Shown here piece after piece: positions 9,411 through 18,151 of a stretch of 42,825 bases of DNA (within the stretch, counting starts at the first letter, position 1; each line of letters begins with the position of its first letter). The DNA lies in the NCBI GenBank assembly GCA_045531045.1, contig JAZSDI010000102.1:1-42825 (forward strand). The letters are read 5' to 3'. The notes beneath the pieces are model-generated. The model was not told the DNA's origin and searched no databases. It saw only the letters and a list, made by a program, of their open reading frames with translations. Origin of the DNA: Acutalibacteraceae bacterium (GTDB taxonomy: Bacteria; Bacillota; Clostridia; Oscillospirales; Acutalibacteraceae). The position numbers and the translations under genes were made by a program.

Positions 9411-10456
9411 AAAATCTCCTTAATTTTTTCTATCAGAGTTTTCATTTCCTTGTCGGTTCCAATGGTAATTCGGTTAAAATCTTTAATACGGTCCTTTTCA
9501 AAGTGGCGGATTAAAACGCCCTTTTCTTTAAGTTCTTCATAAAGTTTAAGACCCGAAATTTTGTCACTCTTTGCGAAAATAAAGTTAGCTTTAGAGGGAA
9601 GAACAAAGAACCCTAAATTTTTGAGCTCTTTTGTCACCCATTCACGAGTTTTAATAATTTTCTCGCAGTTTTTAAGGTAATAATCATTGTCCTTTATTGT
9701 AGCAGTACCAACACTTTGAGTCAAGCGGTTTATATTGTAAGGGTTGGTGGAATATTTTATCTTTTCAAGGTCAGCAATAAGTCGCTCGTTGGCTATTGCA
9801 AAACCCAGTCTGCCACCCGCAAGGCTTCTTGACTTTGAAAATGTGCCGACACAAAGCAAATTATCGTATTTTGCGGTGAGTTTGTAACAGCTTTCACCAC
9901 CAAAATCCACATAAGCCTCGTCTATAAGCACAACATTGTCGGGATTAGATTTCACAATTTCCTCAATTTCTTTTAAGGAAAGGGCAATTCCCGTAGGTGC
10001 ATTGGGGTTGGCAATTACAATAAGCTTATTTTTATTTTTGTATTGGCAAATATCAATGGTAAAGTCATCTTTAAGGGGGATAACCTCACTCTCTACTCCG
10101 TGAAGCTCGGCAAAAACGCTGTAAAAACCGTATGTAATATCGGGGTAAACGGCGCCCTTTTGACCGTATGCCATAAAGGCAAAGTTCAAAATATCGTCCG
10201 AGCCGTTGGAAAGGAAAATGTTTTCACCGTTGACACCAAAAAGTTTAGCCATAGCAAGTTTCAACTTTTTGCACTCGGGGTCGCAGTAAAGTCGCAAATC
10301 TTTAATCCCTTGTTTTGTGACCGCCTTTATAACATTTTGTGATGGGGGATATGGGGACTCGTTAGTGTTGAGTTTTATGTACTGCTTGTCTTGAGGTTGT
10401 TCACCTGGGGTGTATTCCTCAAGACTTCTGAATCTTTCGTTTATAAATTTGCTCAT
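9407..10456 (-). CDS. hisC: Histidinol-phosphate aminotransferase
   Basis: KLNTNESPYPPS near the N-terminus and PLP-lysine context TFSKSRSLAGGRLGF. Confidence 0.94.
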   Translation of the reverse strand: MSKFINERFRSLEEYTPGEQPQDKQYIKLNTNESPYPPSQNVIKAVTKQGIKDLRLYCDPECKKLKLAMAKLFGVNGENIFLSNGSDDILNFAFMAYGQKGAVYPDITYGFYSVFAELHGVESEVIPLKDDFTIDICQYKNKNKLIVIANPNAPTGIALSLKEIEEIVKSNPDNVVLIDEAYVDFGGESCYKLTAKYDNLLCVGTFSKSRSLAGGRLGFAIANERLIADLEKIKYSTNPYNINRLTQSVGTATIKDNDYYLKNCEKIIKTREWVTKELKNLGFFVLPSKANFIFAKSDKISGLKLYEELKEKGVLIRHFEKDRIKDFNRITIGTDKEMKTLIEKIKEIL

Positions 10457-11730
10457 TTTTTCTCACTTCTTATACTTGCACTCTTGGCGTGGGCATCAAG
10501 ACCCTCTTTCTCGGCAAAGAAAGCGACCTTTTCTGCTACACAGTCCAGCGCATTTTTGCTGTAATATACAAACTGACTTTTCTTAACAAAATCATCAACC
10601 GACAAGGGACTTGAAAATCTGGCTGTGCCCGATGTGGGCAAGGTGTGGTTGGGACCTGCAAAATAATCGCCCAAGGCTTCGGGGCAGAATCTTCCCATAA
10701 AAATGCTACCCGCATTTTTGATTTTATCAAGATAGTCAAAGGGGTTGTCAACACAAAGCTCAAGGTGCTCGGGGGCAATTTCGTTTGCCACGGCGAAAAC
10801 ATCCTCCAAATTGTCGGCAACAATAATTTTTCCGTTGTTGTCAATAGAAACCCTTGCGATTTCCTCACGGGAAAGGGTTTTAAGTTGATTTTCAATTTCC
10901 TCTGCCACAGCCTTTGCCAAATCCTCGCTGTCGGTTACCAAAACGGCACTGGCGTTCTTGTCGTGCTCGGCTTGGGATAAAAGGTCCGCCGCAACGAAAG
11001 AGGGGTCGCGTTTTCCGTCGGCAATAACCAAAATTTCGCTGGGACCTGCTATCATATCAATAGAAACTCTGCCGAAAACCTGACGCTTTGCCTCGGCAAC
11101 AAAGGCGTTGCCAGGGCCCACAATTTTGTCGACCTTTAAGACACTCTCGGTGCCGTAAGACAAGGCGGCAACCGCCTGAGCGCCGCCGATTTTAAAGATT
11201 TTATCAACACCTGCAATTTTAGCGGCGGCAAGAATAACGGGGTTGACCTTGCCGTTTGCCATTGGGGGAGTTGTGATGCAGATATAATCGCACCCTGCAA
11301 TTTTAGCGGGTATACTGTCCATAAGCACGGTGGAGGGGTAAGCCGCTGTGCCACCCGGAACATAAAGGCCAACACGCTCAATGGGGGTCACCTTCTGACC
11401 GGTTATAATCTCGCCGTTTTGGTTTATCTCAAAACCGCTTCTAACCTGTTTTTTGTGGAAGTTTTCAATATTTTTGGCGGCTTCCTTTAAAATTTCAATA
11501 AATTTTGGTTCAACAAGGCTAAAAGCCTCCTCGATTTCTTCCTCGCTTACCACAAGGGAATCAAGGTCTGCTTTGTCAAACTTTTTGGAATATTCAAAAA
11601 GCGCCTTGTCACCGTTTTTTGCAACATTTTCTATTATGTCAGCTACAATGTCGGTAACATCAAAGGTGGGCTCACTACGGGCAAAAAGCTCGTCAGAAGT
11701 AACCTCGCCATATTTTAAAATTTTAATCAT
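10453..11730 (-). CDS. hisD: Histidinol dehydrogenase
   Basis: 425 aa. YVPGGTAAYPSTVLM, SQAEHD, and GDYFAGPNHTLPTSGTARF. Confidence 0.95.
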   Translation of the reverse strand: MIKILKYGEVTSDELFARSEPTFDVTDIVADIIENVAKNGDKALFEYSKKFDKADLDSLVVSEEEIEEAFSLVEPKFIEILKEAAKNIENFHKKQVRSGFEINQNGEIITGQKVTPIERVGLYVPGGTAAYPSTVLMDSIPAKIAGCDYICITTPPMANGKVNPVILAAAKIAGVDKIFKIGGAQAVAALSYGTESVLKVDKIVGPGNAFVAEAKRQVFGRVSIDMIAGPSEILVIADGKRDPSFVAADLLSQAEHDKNASAVLVTDSEDLAKAVAEEIENQLKTLSREEIARVSIDNNGKIIVADNLEDVFAVANEIAPEHLELCVDNPFDYLDKIKNAGSIFMGRFCPEALGDYFAGPNHTLPTSGTARFSSPLSVDDFVKKSQFVYYSKNALDCVAEKVAFFAEKEGLDAHAKSASIRSEKK

Positions 11731-13261
11731 CTTTTTTCACCTGTGCTTCCAAGCCTTTTTTAATTTCCAAAATCTTTTGGGTTTTAAACTTAAAGCTTGA
11801 TTTGTTGGAAATTAGTCTTGCGCTGATGGGAACGATGGTCTCAAAGGGCGCAAGGTTGTTTTCGAGTAAGGTTTTTCCTGTTTCAACAATGTCCACAATA
11901 ACATCTGAAAGTCCCAAAATGGGGGCAATTTCGATAGAGCCGTTAAGATGGATAATGTCAATATCACGGCACTTTTCAGCGTAATATTTCTTGGCAATGT
12001 TTGAAAATTTGGTAGCCACTCGAAGTGTCGAGGAAGTGTCGTCCTCGAAGTCCTTTTTTGCGGCAACAGCCATACGGCATTTTCCCATATTAAGGTCTAA
12101 AAGCTCGTAAACCTTGGGCTCGTATTCAAGCAAAATATCCTTTCCCGCAACGCCGATGTCGGCGGCTCCTCGCTCAACATAAATTGCAACATCCGAGGGC
12201 TTAACCCAGAAATATCTGACCCTAGCTTCTTTGTTTTCAAAAATAAGTTTGCGGTTTTCTTCCTTAATTGAGGGGCAGGGAAAACCTGCTTTTTCGAACA
12301 TATTGTAAACCTTTTCACCGAGTCTGCCCTTTGGCAAAGCAACATTTATAAATTCACGCTCGGTGTTGGTTGTTTCTTCAAATCTTTCCAGCGTGTCAAG
12401 ATAAACCGCAAAACCCACAGCACCTGCGTTGCGGTTCATTTTTTTAACCAAAGCGTCATACTGACCGCCCGAAAGAACACGCTCGGCAATGCCCTCAATG
12501 TAACCACGCATAATAACTCCACTGTAATATCCTGTGGAATTAGAGAGGGAAAAGTCAATATTAATGCGTTCAGAATAGCCCGATTTTTCAGCATAAGCGC
12601 AGATTGCTTTAAGCTCGGCAAGGGCTTTTTCTGCCTGTTCGTTTTTAACAAGCTTTTCGGCGGTTTCAAGCGCTTTTTCGGTGGCACTAAAAGCATAAGT
12701 TAAAGGAATTAAATCCTCGTTTCCCAAAACCTTTAAAGCGTCGGCATTTTTCTCGTTAATTGCGGTTAAAACTGCCTTTTTATCGGCGATTTCATAACCC
12801 GATAACACCGCATCAACAAAGCCTTGGTGTGAAATATCCAAAACAAAGGAACTGCTCAGGGTTTCAAGGCTCTTTAAGGCTAAGGTTACAACCTCGCAAA
12901 CCTCCGTCTCACCCACAGCGCCGATACACTCAAGACCTGTTTGCATAATTTCCTTGTAGGTGTGGCTGGTTTCACTAATGCGGTAAACATTTTCGTTGTA
13001 ATAATAACGCTGAGGCTTTGTGTCCTCACGGGAATTTTTAATAATCGAAAGCGTAACGTCAGGCTTTAGAGCCAAGAGAGAACCGTCAGTATCGTTAAAG
13101 GTGATAACACCCTCGCCCACCAAAAAATCCTTGTTCGAGGAATAAAGGTCATACTCCTCAAACTTGCTCATTTTGTAATATTTATAGCCGTTATCACGGT
13201 AAAGCTGACGGAGACTTAAAATCGCTTTTTCGTCATTTCTTAAGATTTGCTCGTTAATCAT
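11723..13261 (-). CDS. hisZG: Fused ATP phosphoribosyltransferase: HisZ-like regulatory domain (aa ~1-295) plus short-form HisG catalytic domain (aa ~305-512)
   Basis: A single 512-codon frame. The N-terminal half resembles the HisRS-like HisZ (ILSLRQLYRDNGYKYYKMSKFEEYDLY). The C-terminal 208 aa are HisG-S (INVALPKGRLGEKV..., YFWVKPSDVAIYVERGAADIGVAGKD, DIVETGKTL). The junction codons ...ERFEETTNTEREFINVALPKG contain no stop or start. Confidence 0.85.
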   Translation of the reverse strand: MINEQILRNDEKAILSLRQLYRDNGYKYYKMSKFEEYDLYSSNKDFLVGEGVITFNDTDGSLLALKPDVTLSIIKNSREDTKPQRYYYNENVYRISETSHTYKEIMQTGLECIGAVGETEVCEVVTLALKSLETLSSSFVLDISHQGFVDAVLSGYEIADKKAVLTAINEKNADALKVLGNEDLIPLTYAFSATEKALETAEKLVKNEQAEKALAELKAICAYAEKSGYSERINIDFSLSNSTGYYSGVIMRGYIEGIAERVLSGGQYDALVKKMNRNAGAVGFAVYLDTLERFEETTNTEREFINVALPKGRLGEKVYNMFEKAGFPCPSIKEENRKLIFENKEARVRYFWVKPSDVAIYVERGAADIGVAGKDILLEYEPKVYELLDLNMGKCRMAVAAKKDFEDDTSSTLRVATKFSNIAKKYYAEKCRDIDIIHLNGSIEIAPILGLSDVIVDIVETGKTLLENNLAPFETIVPISARLISNKSSFKFKTQKILEIKKGLEAQVKKDD

Positions 13262-13559
13262 TTGCCGTCTCCTTTATGCGTTCAATGGCGGTTTTATATC
13301 CGCCGTCACCGTAATTTAGGCACTTGCTGACTCTGCCTATGGTGGTGGTCGATGCGCCGGTTATTCGGTTAATATCGTTATAGCTTTTGCCTTCGCATAA
13401 AAGCATTGCCACCTCGAAACGCTGCGAAAGGGCTTCAATTTCCTGAATTGTGCAGATATCATCAAAAAACATATCGCATTCCTCAAGTGTTTTAAGGCTT
13501 AAAATTGCTTTGAAAAAATTTTGTAAATTGGGGTTCTTTTTCAAGATAAATTCCTCCAA
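13254..13559 (-). CDS. YerC/YecD-family TrpR-like DNA-binding protein, likely his-operon regulator (HisR-type)
   Basis: ICTIQEIEALSQRFEVAMLL...ITGASTTTIGRVSKCLNYG matches the YerC/YecD family. 8-nt overlap with hisZG. The ORF-track start at 13559 is TTG; a second TTG at 13544 sits 8 nt behind GGAGG (13557-13553) and is the more likely start. Confidence 0.8.
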   Translation of the reverse strand: MEEFILKKNPNLQNFFKAILSLKTLEECDMFFDDICTIQEIEALSQRFEVAMLLCEGKSYNDINRITGASTTTIGRVSKCLNYGDGGYKTAIERIKETAND

Positions 13560-13576
13560 AAAAATAGTACTTTTCT

Positions 13577-13605
13577 ATATTATCACATTAGTGTGCTAAA
13601 GTCAA
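13577..13605 (-). promoter_or_regulatory. Candidate sigma-A promoter of the yerC-his operon
   Basis: Minus strand reads TTGACT (13605-13600), a 17-nt spacer, then TAATAT (13582-13577), with a TG one base upstream of the -10 (extended -10). Only ~20-35 nt remain before the start codon. Confidence 0.55.
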
Positions 13606-13627
13606 GGCTTTTTTCGGCGGTTTTCCC

Positions 13628-13656
13628 TTGCTTTTAGGTGTAATATATTATATAAT
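13628..13656 (+). promoter_or_regulatory. Candidate sigma-A promoter of the DUF951-prfA cluster (divergent from the his promoter)
   Basis: TTGCTT (13628-13633), a 17-nt spacer, then TATAAT (13651-13656), ~25 nt upstream of the ATG at 13682. Confidence 0.55.
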
Positions 13657-13681
13657 AAGGTGTTAGAATAGGCGGTGTATT

Positions 13682-13870
13682 ATGGAAATTAAGGTAAATG
13701 ACCGACTGGTTATGAAAAAAAGTCATCCTTGCGGCAGTAACATCTTTAAAGTAACGAGAATCGGAATGGATTTCAAACTCGTTTGCGAGGGTTGCGGTCA
13801 CGAAATACTGATACCCAGAAGCAAGGCTGAAAAAAATATTAAAAAAATCTTAGAGACCGACGGAGAGTAA
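13682..13870 (+). CDS. DUF951-family small protein
   Basis: 62 aa. [16 protein letters not shown]...[25 protein letters not shown] is the conserved DUF951 pattern. Confidence 0.8.
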   Translation: MEIKVNDRLVMKKSHPCGSNIFKVTRIGMDFKLVCEGCGHEILIPRSKAEKNIKKILETDGE

Positions 13871-13872
13871 AT

Positions 13873-14949
13873 ATGTTTAATAAATTAGATGCGGTTGTTA
13901 ACCGTTATGACCAAATTGGAATTGAGCTGACAAGACCCGATGTTGCTTCAAACAACGAGCTTTTCAGAAAACTCATGAAGGAACACAGTGAGCTTACCCC
14001 CATTGTTGAAAAATATAAAGAGTATACCGACGCTAAAAACGCCGAAAAGGGCGCACTTGAAATTTTAGCTGAGTCTGGGCTTGACAAGGAACTTAAAGAA
14101 CTTGCCGAAGAAGAACTTAAAATGGCAAAGGAAAACATTGAACTTTTTGCCGACGAGCTTAAAATTCTGCTTCTGCCCAAAGACCCTAACGACGAGAAAA
14201 ACGTTATTGTTGAAATCCGTGGCGGCGCAGGTGGCGAGGAAGCCGCTTTGTTTGCGGGTAGCCTTTACAGAATGTATACAATGTATGCCGAGTCAAGACG
14301 TTGGAGCACCGAGGTTGTAAATGCCAACGAAACCGAGCTTGGCGGTTACAAGGAAATAAGCTTTATGATAGAGGGTGCGGGTGCATATTCCCGTCTTAAA
14401 TTCGAAAGCGGTGTTCACCGTGTTCAGCGTGTGCCTGACACCGAAACCCAAGGCAGAATTCACACCTCGACCGTAACGGTTGCGGTTCTTCCCGAGGCTG
14501 AGGATGTTGAGCTTGAAATCAACCCTGCCGACCTTAAAATTGACACCTTCCGTTCATCAGGTGCGGGCGGTCAGCACATTAACAAGACCTCGTCTGCTAT
14601 CCGTGTAACCCATATCCCCACAGGCACTGTTGTTGAGTGTCAGGACGAGCGAAGCCAGTTTAAAAACAAGGATAAGGCGCTTAAAATTTTGCGTTCCAGA
14701 CTTTTGGATGAAAAACAGCGTGAGCATGATGCCGCTATTGCTTCCGACCGTAAGGCACAGGTAGGTACAGGCGACCGCAGTGAGCGTATCAGAACCTATA
14801 ACTATCCCCAAGGCAGAGTTACCGACCATAGAATTGGTCTTACCCTTTATAAATTAGACCAAATTTTAAACGGAGATATTGATGAGGTGGTAGATGCACT
14901 TATCACCCACTATCGCACCGAGGCATTAAAGCAAGAACAGGAACAGTAA
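13873..14949 (+). CDS. prfA: Peptide chain release factor 1
   Basis: GGQ motif ([11 protein letters not shown]) and an RF1-type PxT tripeptide context ([17 protein letters not shown]). 358 aa. Confidence 0.95.
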   Translation: MFNKLDAVVNRYDQIGIELTRPDVASNNELFRKLMKEHSELTPIVEKYKEYTDAKNAEKGALEILAESGLDKELKELAEEELKMAKENIELFADELKILLLPKDPNDEKNVIVEIRGGAGGEEAALFAGSLYRMYTMYAESRRWSTEVVNANETELGGYKEISFMIEGAGAYSRLKFESGVHRVQRVPDTETQGRIHTSTVTVAVLPEAEDVELEINPADLKIDTFRSSGAGGQHINKTSSAIRVTHIPTGTVVECQDERSQFKNKDKALKILRSRLLDEKQREHDAAIASDRKAQVGTGDRSERIRTYNYPQGRVTDHRIGLTLYKLDQILNGDIDEVVDALITHYRTEALKQEQEQ

Positions 14950-14951
14950 AA

Positions 14952-15962
14952 ATGGAAACGAAAAAGCTGAAAGACGATAAAAATGGAATAAAAACCGCCT
15001 GTGAAATTTTGAAAAAGGGCGGAATTGTAGCCGTTCCCACCGAAACGGTTTATGGTCTTGCGGCTAATTGCTATGACGAGGCGGCGGTTAAAAAGATTTT
15101 TGAAGCCAAGGGCAGACCTCAGGATAACCCTCTTATTGTCCACATTTGTGATATGGAAATGTTAAAGGATATCGCAAGAGAAATTCCCGAAATTGCCCTT
15201 AAATGCGCCCAAAAATTCTGGCCCGGCCCTTTTACAATGATTTTACCTAAAACTGAGAAAATCGGCGACTGCATATCCCCGAATTTAGATACTGTTGCCA
15301 TAAGACTGCCCGATAATAAAATCACGGCAGAGATAATAAGACAAAGCGGTCTTCCCCTTGCGGCGCCCTCGGCAAACAGGTCGGGAAGCCCAAGTCCCAC
15401 AACCCCCGAACATGTTTGGGCGGATTTAGAGGGCAGAATTGACGCTGTTGTTTATTCAGATGAGTGCAGTGTCGGTGTTGAGTCAACGGTGGTTACCTTT
15501 TGCGAACAACCCCCAAGGCTTTTAAGACCGGGCGGCATCACCCCCGAACAGTTAAAGGAAATTATACCTGACATTGTTCTTGACAAGGCAGTACTTGCAG
15601 AGCCCGAAAAGGGCGTGCAAGTGGCATCTCCTGGTATGAAATACAAGCACTATGCTCCCAAGACCGAAAGCTTTTTGGTTGAGGGCGAAAGTGACGCTTT
15701 CGCCGAGTTTGTAAACTCAAAAAGCGACTCTGTTGCAATTTGCTTTAAGGAAGATTTAGAGAAAATCAAAATCCCCACCCTTTGCTACGGCGAAGCAAAG
15801 AGCGAGGAAACCTTGGCGCACAGCGTTTTTGCGGCTTTGCGAAAGGTTGACGAAATGGGTGCTAAAGAGGTTTATATTCACGCTCCCACAAAAACAGGCA
15901 TAGGACTTGCGGTTTATAACCGACTGCTCAGAGCCTCAGGATTTAAGGTGATTACTTTATGA
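14952..15962 (+). CDS. tsaC: L-threonylcarbamoyladenylate synthase (Sua5/YwlC type, TsaC domain plus Sua5 C-terminal domain)
   Basis: GGIVAVPTETVYGLAAN, RPQDNPLIVH, LAAPSANRSG; 336 aa. Confidence 0.9.
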   Translation: METKKLKDDKNGIKTACEILKKGGIVAVPTETVYGLAANCYDEAAVKKIFEAKGRPQDNPLIVHICDMEMLKDIAREIPEIALKCAQKFWPGPFTMILPKTEKIGDCISPNLDTVAIRLPDNKITAEIIRQSGLPLAAPSANRSGSPSPTTPEHVWADLEGRIDAVVYSDECSVGVESTVVTFCEQPPRLLRPGGITPEQLKEIIPDIVLDKAVLAEPEKGVQVASPGMKYKHYAPKTESFLVEGESDAFAEFVNSKSDSVAICFKEDLEKIKIPTLCYGEAKSEETLAHSVFAALRKVDEMGAKEVYIHAPTKTGIGLAVYNRLLRASGFKVITL

Positions 15963-16537
15963 AAATCATAGGTTTAACGGGTCCCACGGGTGCGGGTAAA
16001 AGTATCCTGACTGCCACCGCCCAGAGTTTAGGGTTTAAGGTTATCGACTGTGACAAGGTTGCAAGACAGGCGGTTGTTAAAGACAGCGAGGGTCTGAAAG
16101 CCCTTGTGAAAGTTTTTGGCGCCGATATTCTTTTGGAAAACGGCGAACTTGACCGCAAGGCTTTGGCAAGAAAGGCGTTTTCTACCCCTGAAAACACCGA
16201 GCTTTTAAACAAAACCTTGTTACCTCATATCACCGCTTTGGTGGAAAAAGAGTGCGACAGTGAATATGTTTTACTCGATGCGCCAACACTCATTGAGAGC
16301 GGACTGAATAAAAAGTGCGATGCTGTAATCGGTGTTTTGGCTGACAGAGAAAAACGCCTTGAGAGAATTTGCAAACGAGACAATATAAGCCGAGAAGATG
16401 CAAATCTTAGAATAAATGCGGGAAAACCCGATGAGTTTTTTAAAGAAAATTGCAATTTTTTAATTTACAATAACGGCGACAGTGCCGAAATAACAGAGAA
16501 ATTTGCGGAAATACTAACCGAGATAAAGGAGAGGTAA
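15959..16537 (+). CDS. coaE: Dephospho-CoA kinase
   Basis: MKIIGLTGPTGAGKS P-loop; 192 aa; ATGA overlap with tsaC. Confidence 0.92.
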   Translation: MKIIGLTGPTGAGKSILTATAQSLGFKVIDCDKVARQAVVKDSEGLKALVKVFGADILLENGELDRKALARKAFSTPENTELLNKTLLPHITALVEKECDSEYVLLDAPTLIESGLNKKCDAVIGVLADREKRLERICKRDNISREDANLRINAGKPDEFFKENCNFLIYNNGDSAEITEKFAEILTEIKER

Positions 16538-16539
16538 TT

Positions 16540-17934
16540 ATGGCAGAAACACAAGCAGAGCGTTTAGCAAAGGAGCTTACAATGGAGCCTAAAAATGCTC
16601 TTTTAAAAGCAGATGATGACACCGTTTTAAAGGCATTGGACTTTGCCGAGGGTTATAAAGCATTTTTGGATAACGCTAAAACCGAGCGTGAGGCTGTAAA
16701 GGAAACCATCAAAGCCGCTGAAGATAAAGGCTTTAAGGAATTTGAGTATGGCAAGGTTTATAATGCGGGAGACAAGGTTTACATTAACAACCGTGGCAAG
16801 AGTATCGCCCTTTGCGTTATGGGTAAAGAGGCTGTGGAAAAGGGCGTTAATATCAGCGCCGCACACATTGATTCTCCCCGTCTTGATTTAAAACCCAATC
16901 CGCTTTATGAGGAAATTGAGTTGGCGCTTTTCAAAACTCACTATTACGGCGGAATTAAGAAATATCAGTGGACCGCAATTCCCTTGGCGCTTCACGGCGT
17001 TTTCGCCCTTAAAGACGGCACCGTTAAAGAGGTTTCCATTGGCGAAAATGAAAACGAGCCCAAGTTTGTTATAAACGATTTGCTTCCCCACTTGGCTCAG
17101 GAGCAAAGCAAACGCACTCTAAACGAGGGTATCAAGGGCGAGGAGCTTAATGTTTTAATCGGCTCTCATCCCTTTAAGGATGACAAGGGCAGCAACCTTG
17201 TTAAACTTAATATCTTAAAGATTTTAAACGAGAAATACGGCATTGTTGAAGAGGATTTCCTCTCGGCTGAGCTTGAAATTGTCCCTGCTTTCAAGGCGTG
17301 TGACATTGGTTTTGACCGCTCACTCGTTGGCGCATACGGTCAGGATGACCGTGTTTGCGCATACCCCGCACTCAAGGCAATTTTAGATGTTGAGACACCC
17401 GAAAAGACTGCAGTTGCTATCCTTGCTGACAAGGAAGAGGTCGGCTCAATGGGTAATACGGGTCTAGACTCCGATTTCCTAAGATATGTAATCGGTGACC
17501 TTGCAAAAATGCAGGGTGGCGACGGCACAATAGCTATCAGAAATTCAAAATGCCTTTCTGCAGATGTTAATGCAGGGCTTGACCCCACTTTCCAAGATGT
17601 TATGGAAAGAAGAAATGCAAGTCGCTTAAATTACGGCGTTGTGGTTACAAAATATACAGGTGCCAGAGGAAAATCAGGCACATCCGACGCTTCTGCCGAG
17701 TATATGGCATATATCCGCAAATTGTTAGACGATAACAATATTTTCTGGCAAAGCGGAGAACTAGGACGGGTTGATTTAGGCGGCGGCGGAACTGTGGCTC
17801 AGTTTATCGCCAATTTAGGAATTGATGTTGTTGATTTGGGTGTTCCTGTTCTTTCAATGCACGCACCTTTTGAGACTACATCTAAGCTTGACATCTACAT
17901 GTGCTATAAAGCTATGTATGAATTTATGAAATAA
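16540..17934 (+). CDS. M18-family aminopeptidase
   Basis: 464 aa. AHIDSPRLDLKPNP, DDRVCAYPAL, DKEEVGS, and SMHAPFE resemble M18 aspartyl/ApeA-type aminopeptidases. Confidence 0.85.
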   Translation: MAETQAERLAKELTMEPKNALLKADDDTVLKALDFAEGYKAFLDNAKTEREAVKETIKAAEDKGFKEFEYGKVYNAGDKVYINNRGKSIALCVMGKEAVEKGVNISAAHIDSPRLDLKPNPLYEEIELALFKTHYYGGIKKYQWTAIPLALHGVFALKDGTVKEVSIGENENEPKFVINDLLPHLAQEQSKRTLNEGIKGEELNVLIGSHPFKDDKGSNLVKLNILKILNEKYGIVEEDFLSAELEIVPAFKACDIGFDRSLVGAYGQDDRVCAYPALKAILDVETPEKTAVAILADKEEVGSMGNTGLDSDFLRYVIGDLAKMQGGDGTIAIRNSKCLSADVNAGLDPTFQDVMERRNASRLNYGVVVTKYTGARGKSGTSDASAEYMAYIRKLLDDNNIFWQSGELGRVDLGGGGTVAQFIANLGIDVVDLGVPVLSMHAPFETTSKLDIYMCYKAMYEFMK

Positions 17935-18146
17935 TGGATATAAAACTTGGAAAATACCGCCATTTCAAAGGCAACGAGTATGAGGTTGTAAGCATTGCAA
18001 AGCACTCCGAAACCCTTGAGGAAATGGTTGTGTATAAGGACTTAAAAAACGACGGCAAGGTCTGGGTAAGACCTGCTGTTATGTGGAACGAGACCGTCGA
18101 GAGAGACGGCAAAATATTCAAGAGATTTGAATTTATAGGGGAGTGA
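17934..18146 (+). CDS. DUF1653-domain protein
   Basis: 70 aa. GKYRHFKGNEYEVVSIAKHSETLEEMVVYK...WVRP is the DUF1653 signature. TAATG overlap with the upstream gene. Confidence 0.8.
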   Translation: MDIKLGKYRHFKGNEYEVVSIAKHSETLEEMVVYKDLKNDGKVWVRPAVMWNETVERDGKIFKRFEFIGE

Positions 18147-18151
18147 AAACA

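Noticed and set aside
13560-13681. Looked for a T-box leader, riboswitch or attenuator upstream of the his operon.
   Set aside because: The whole divergent intergenic region is only ~120 nt and is occupied by two back-to-back promoters. There is no room for a ~200-nt T-box, and no terminator/antiterminator hairpins are visible.
14410-14470. The RF1 tripeptide anticodon context reads P-D-T rather than the familiar P-A-T or P-V-T.
   Set aside because: The middle residue of PxT varies among RF1 proteins, and all other RF1 features, including the GGQ motif, are normal. This is not evidence of altered stop-codon recognition.
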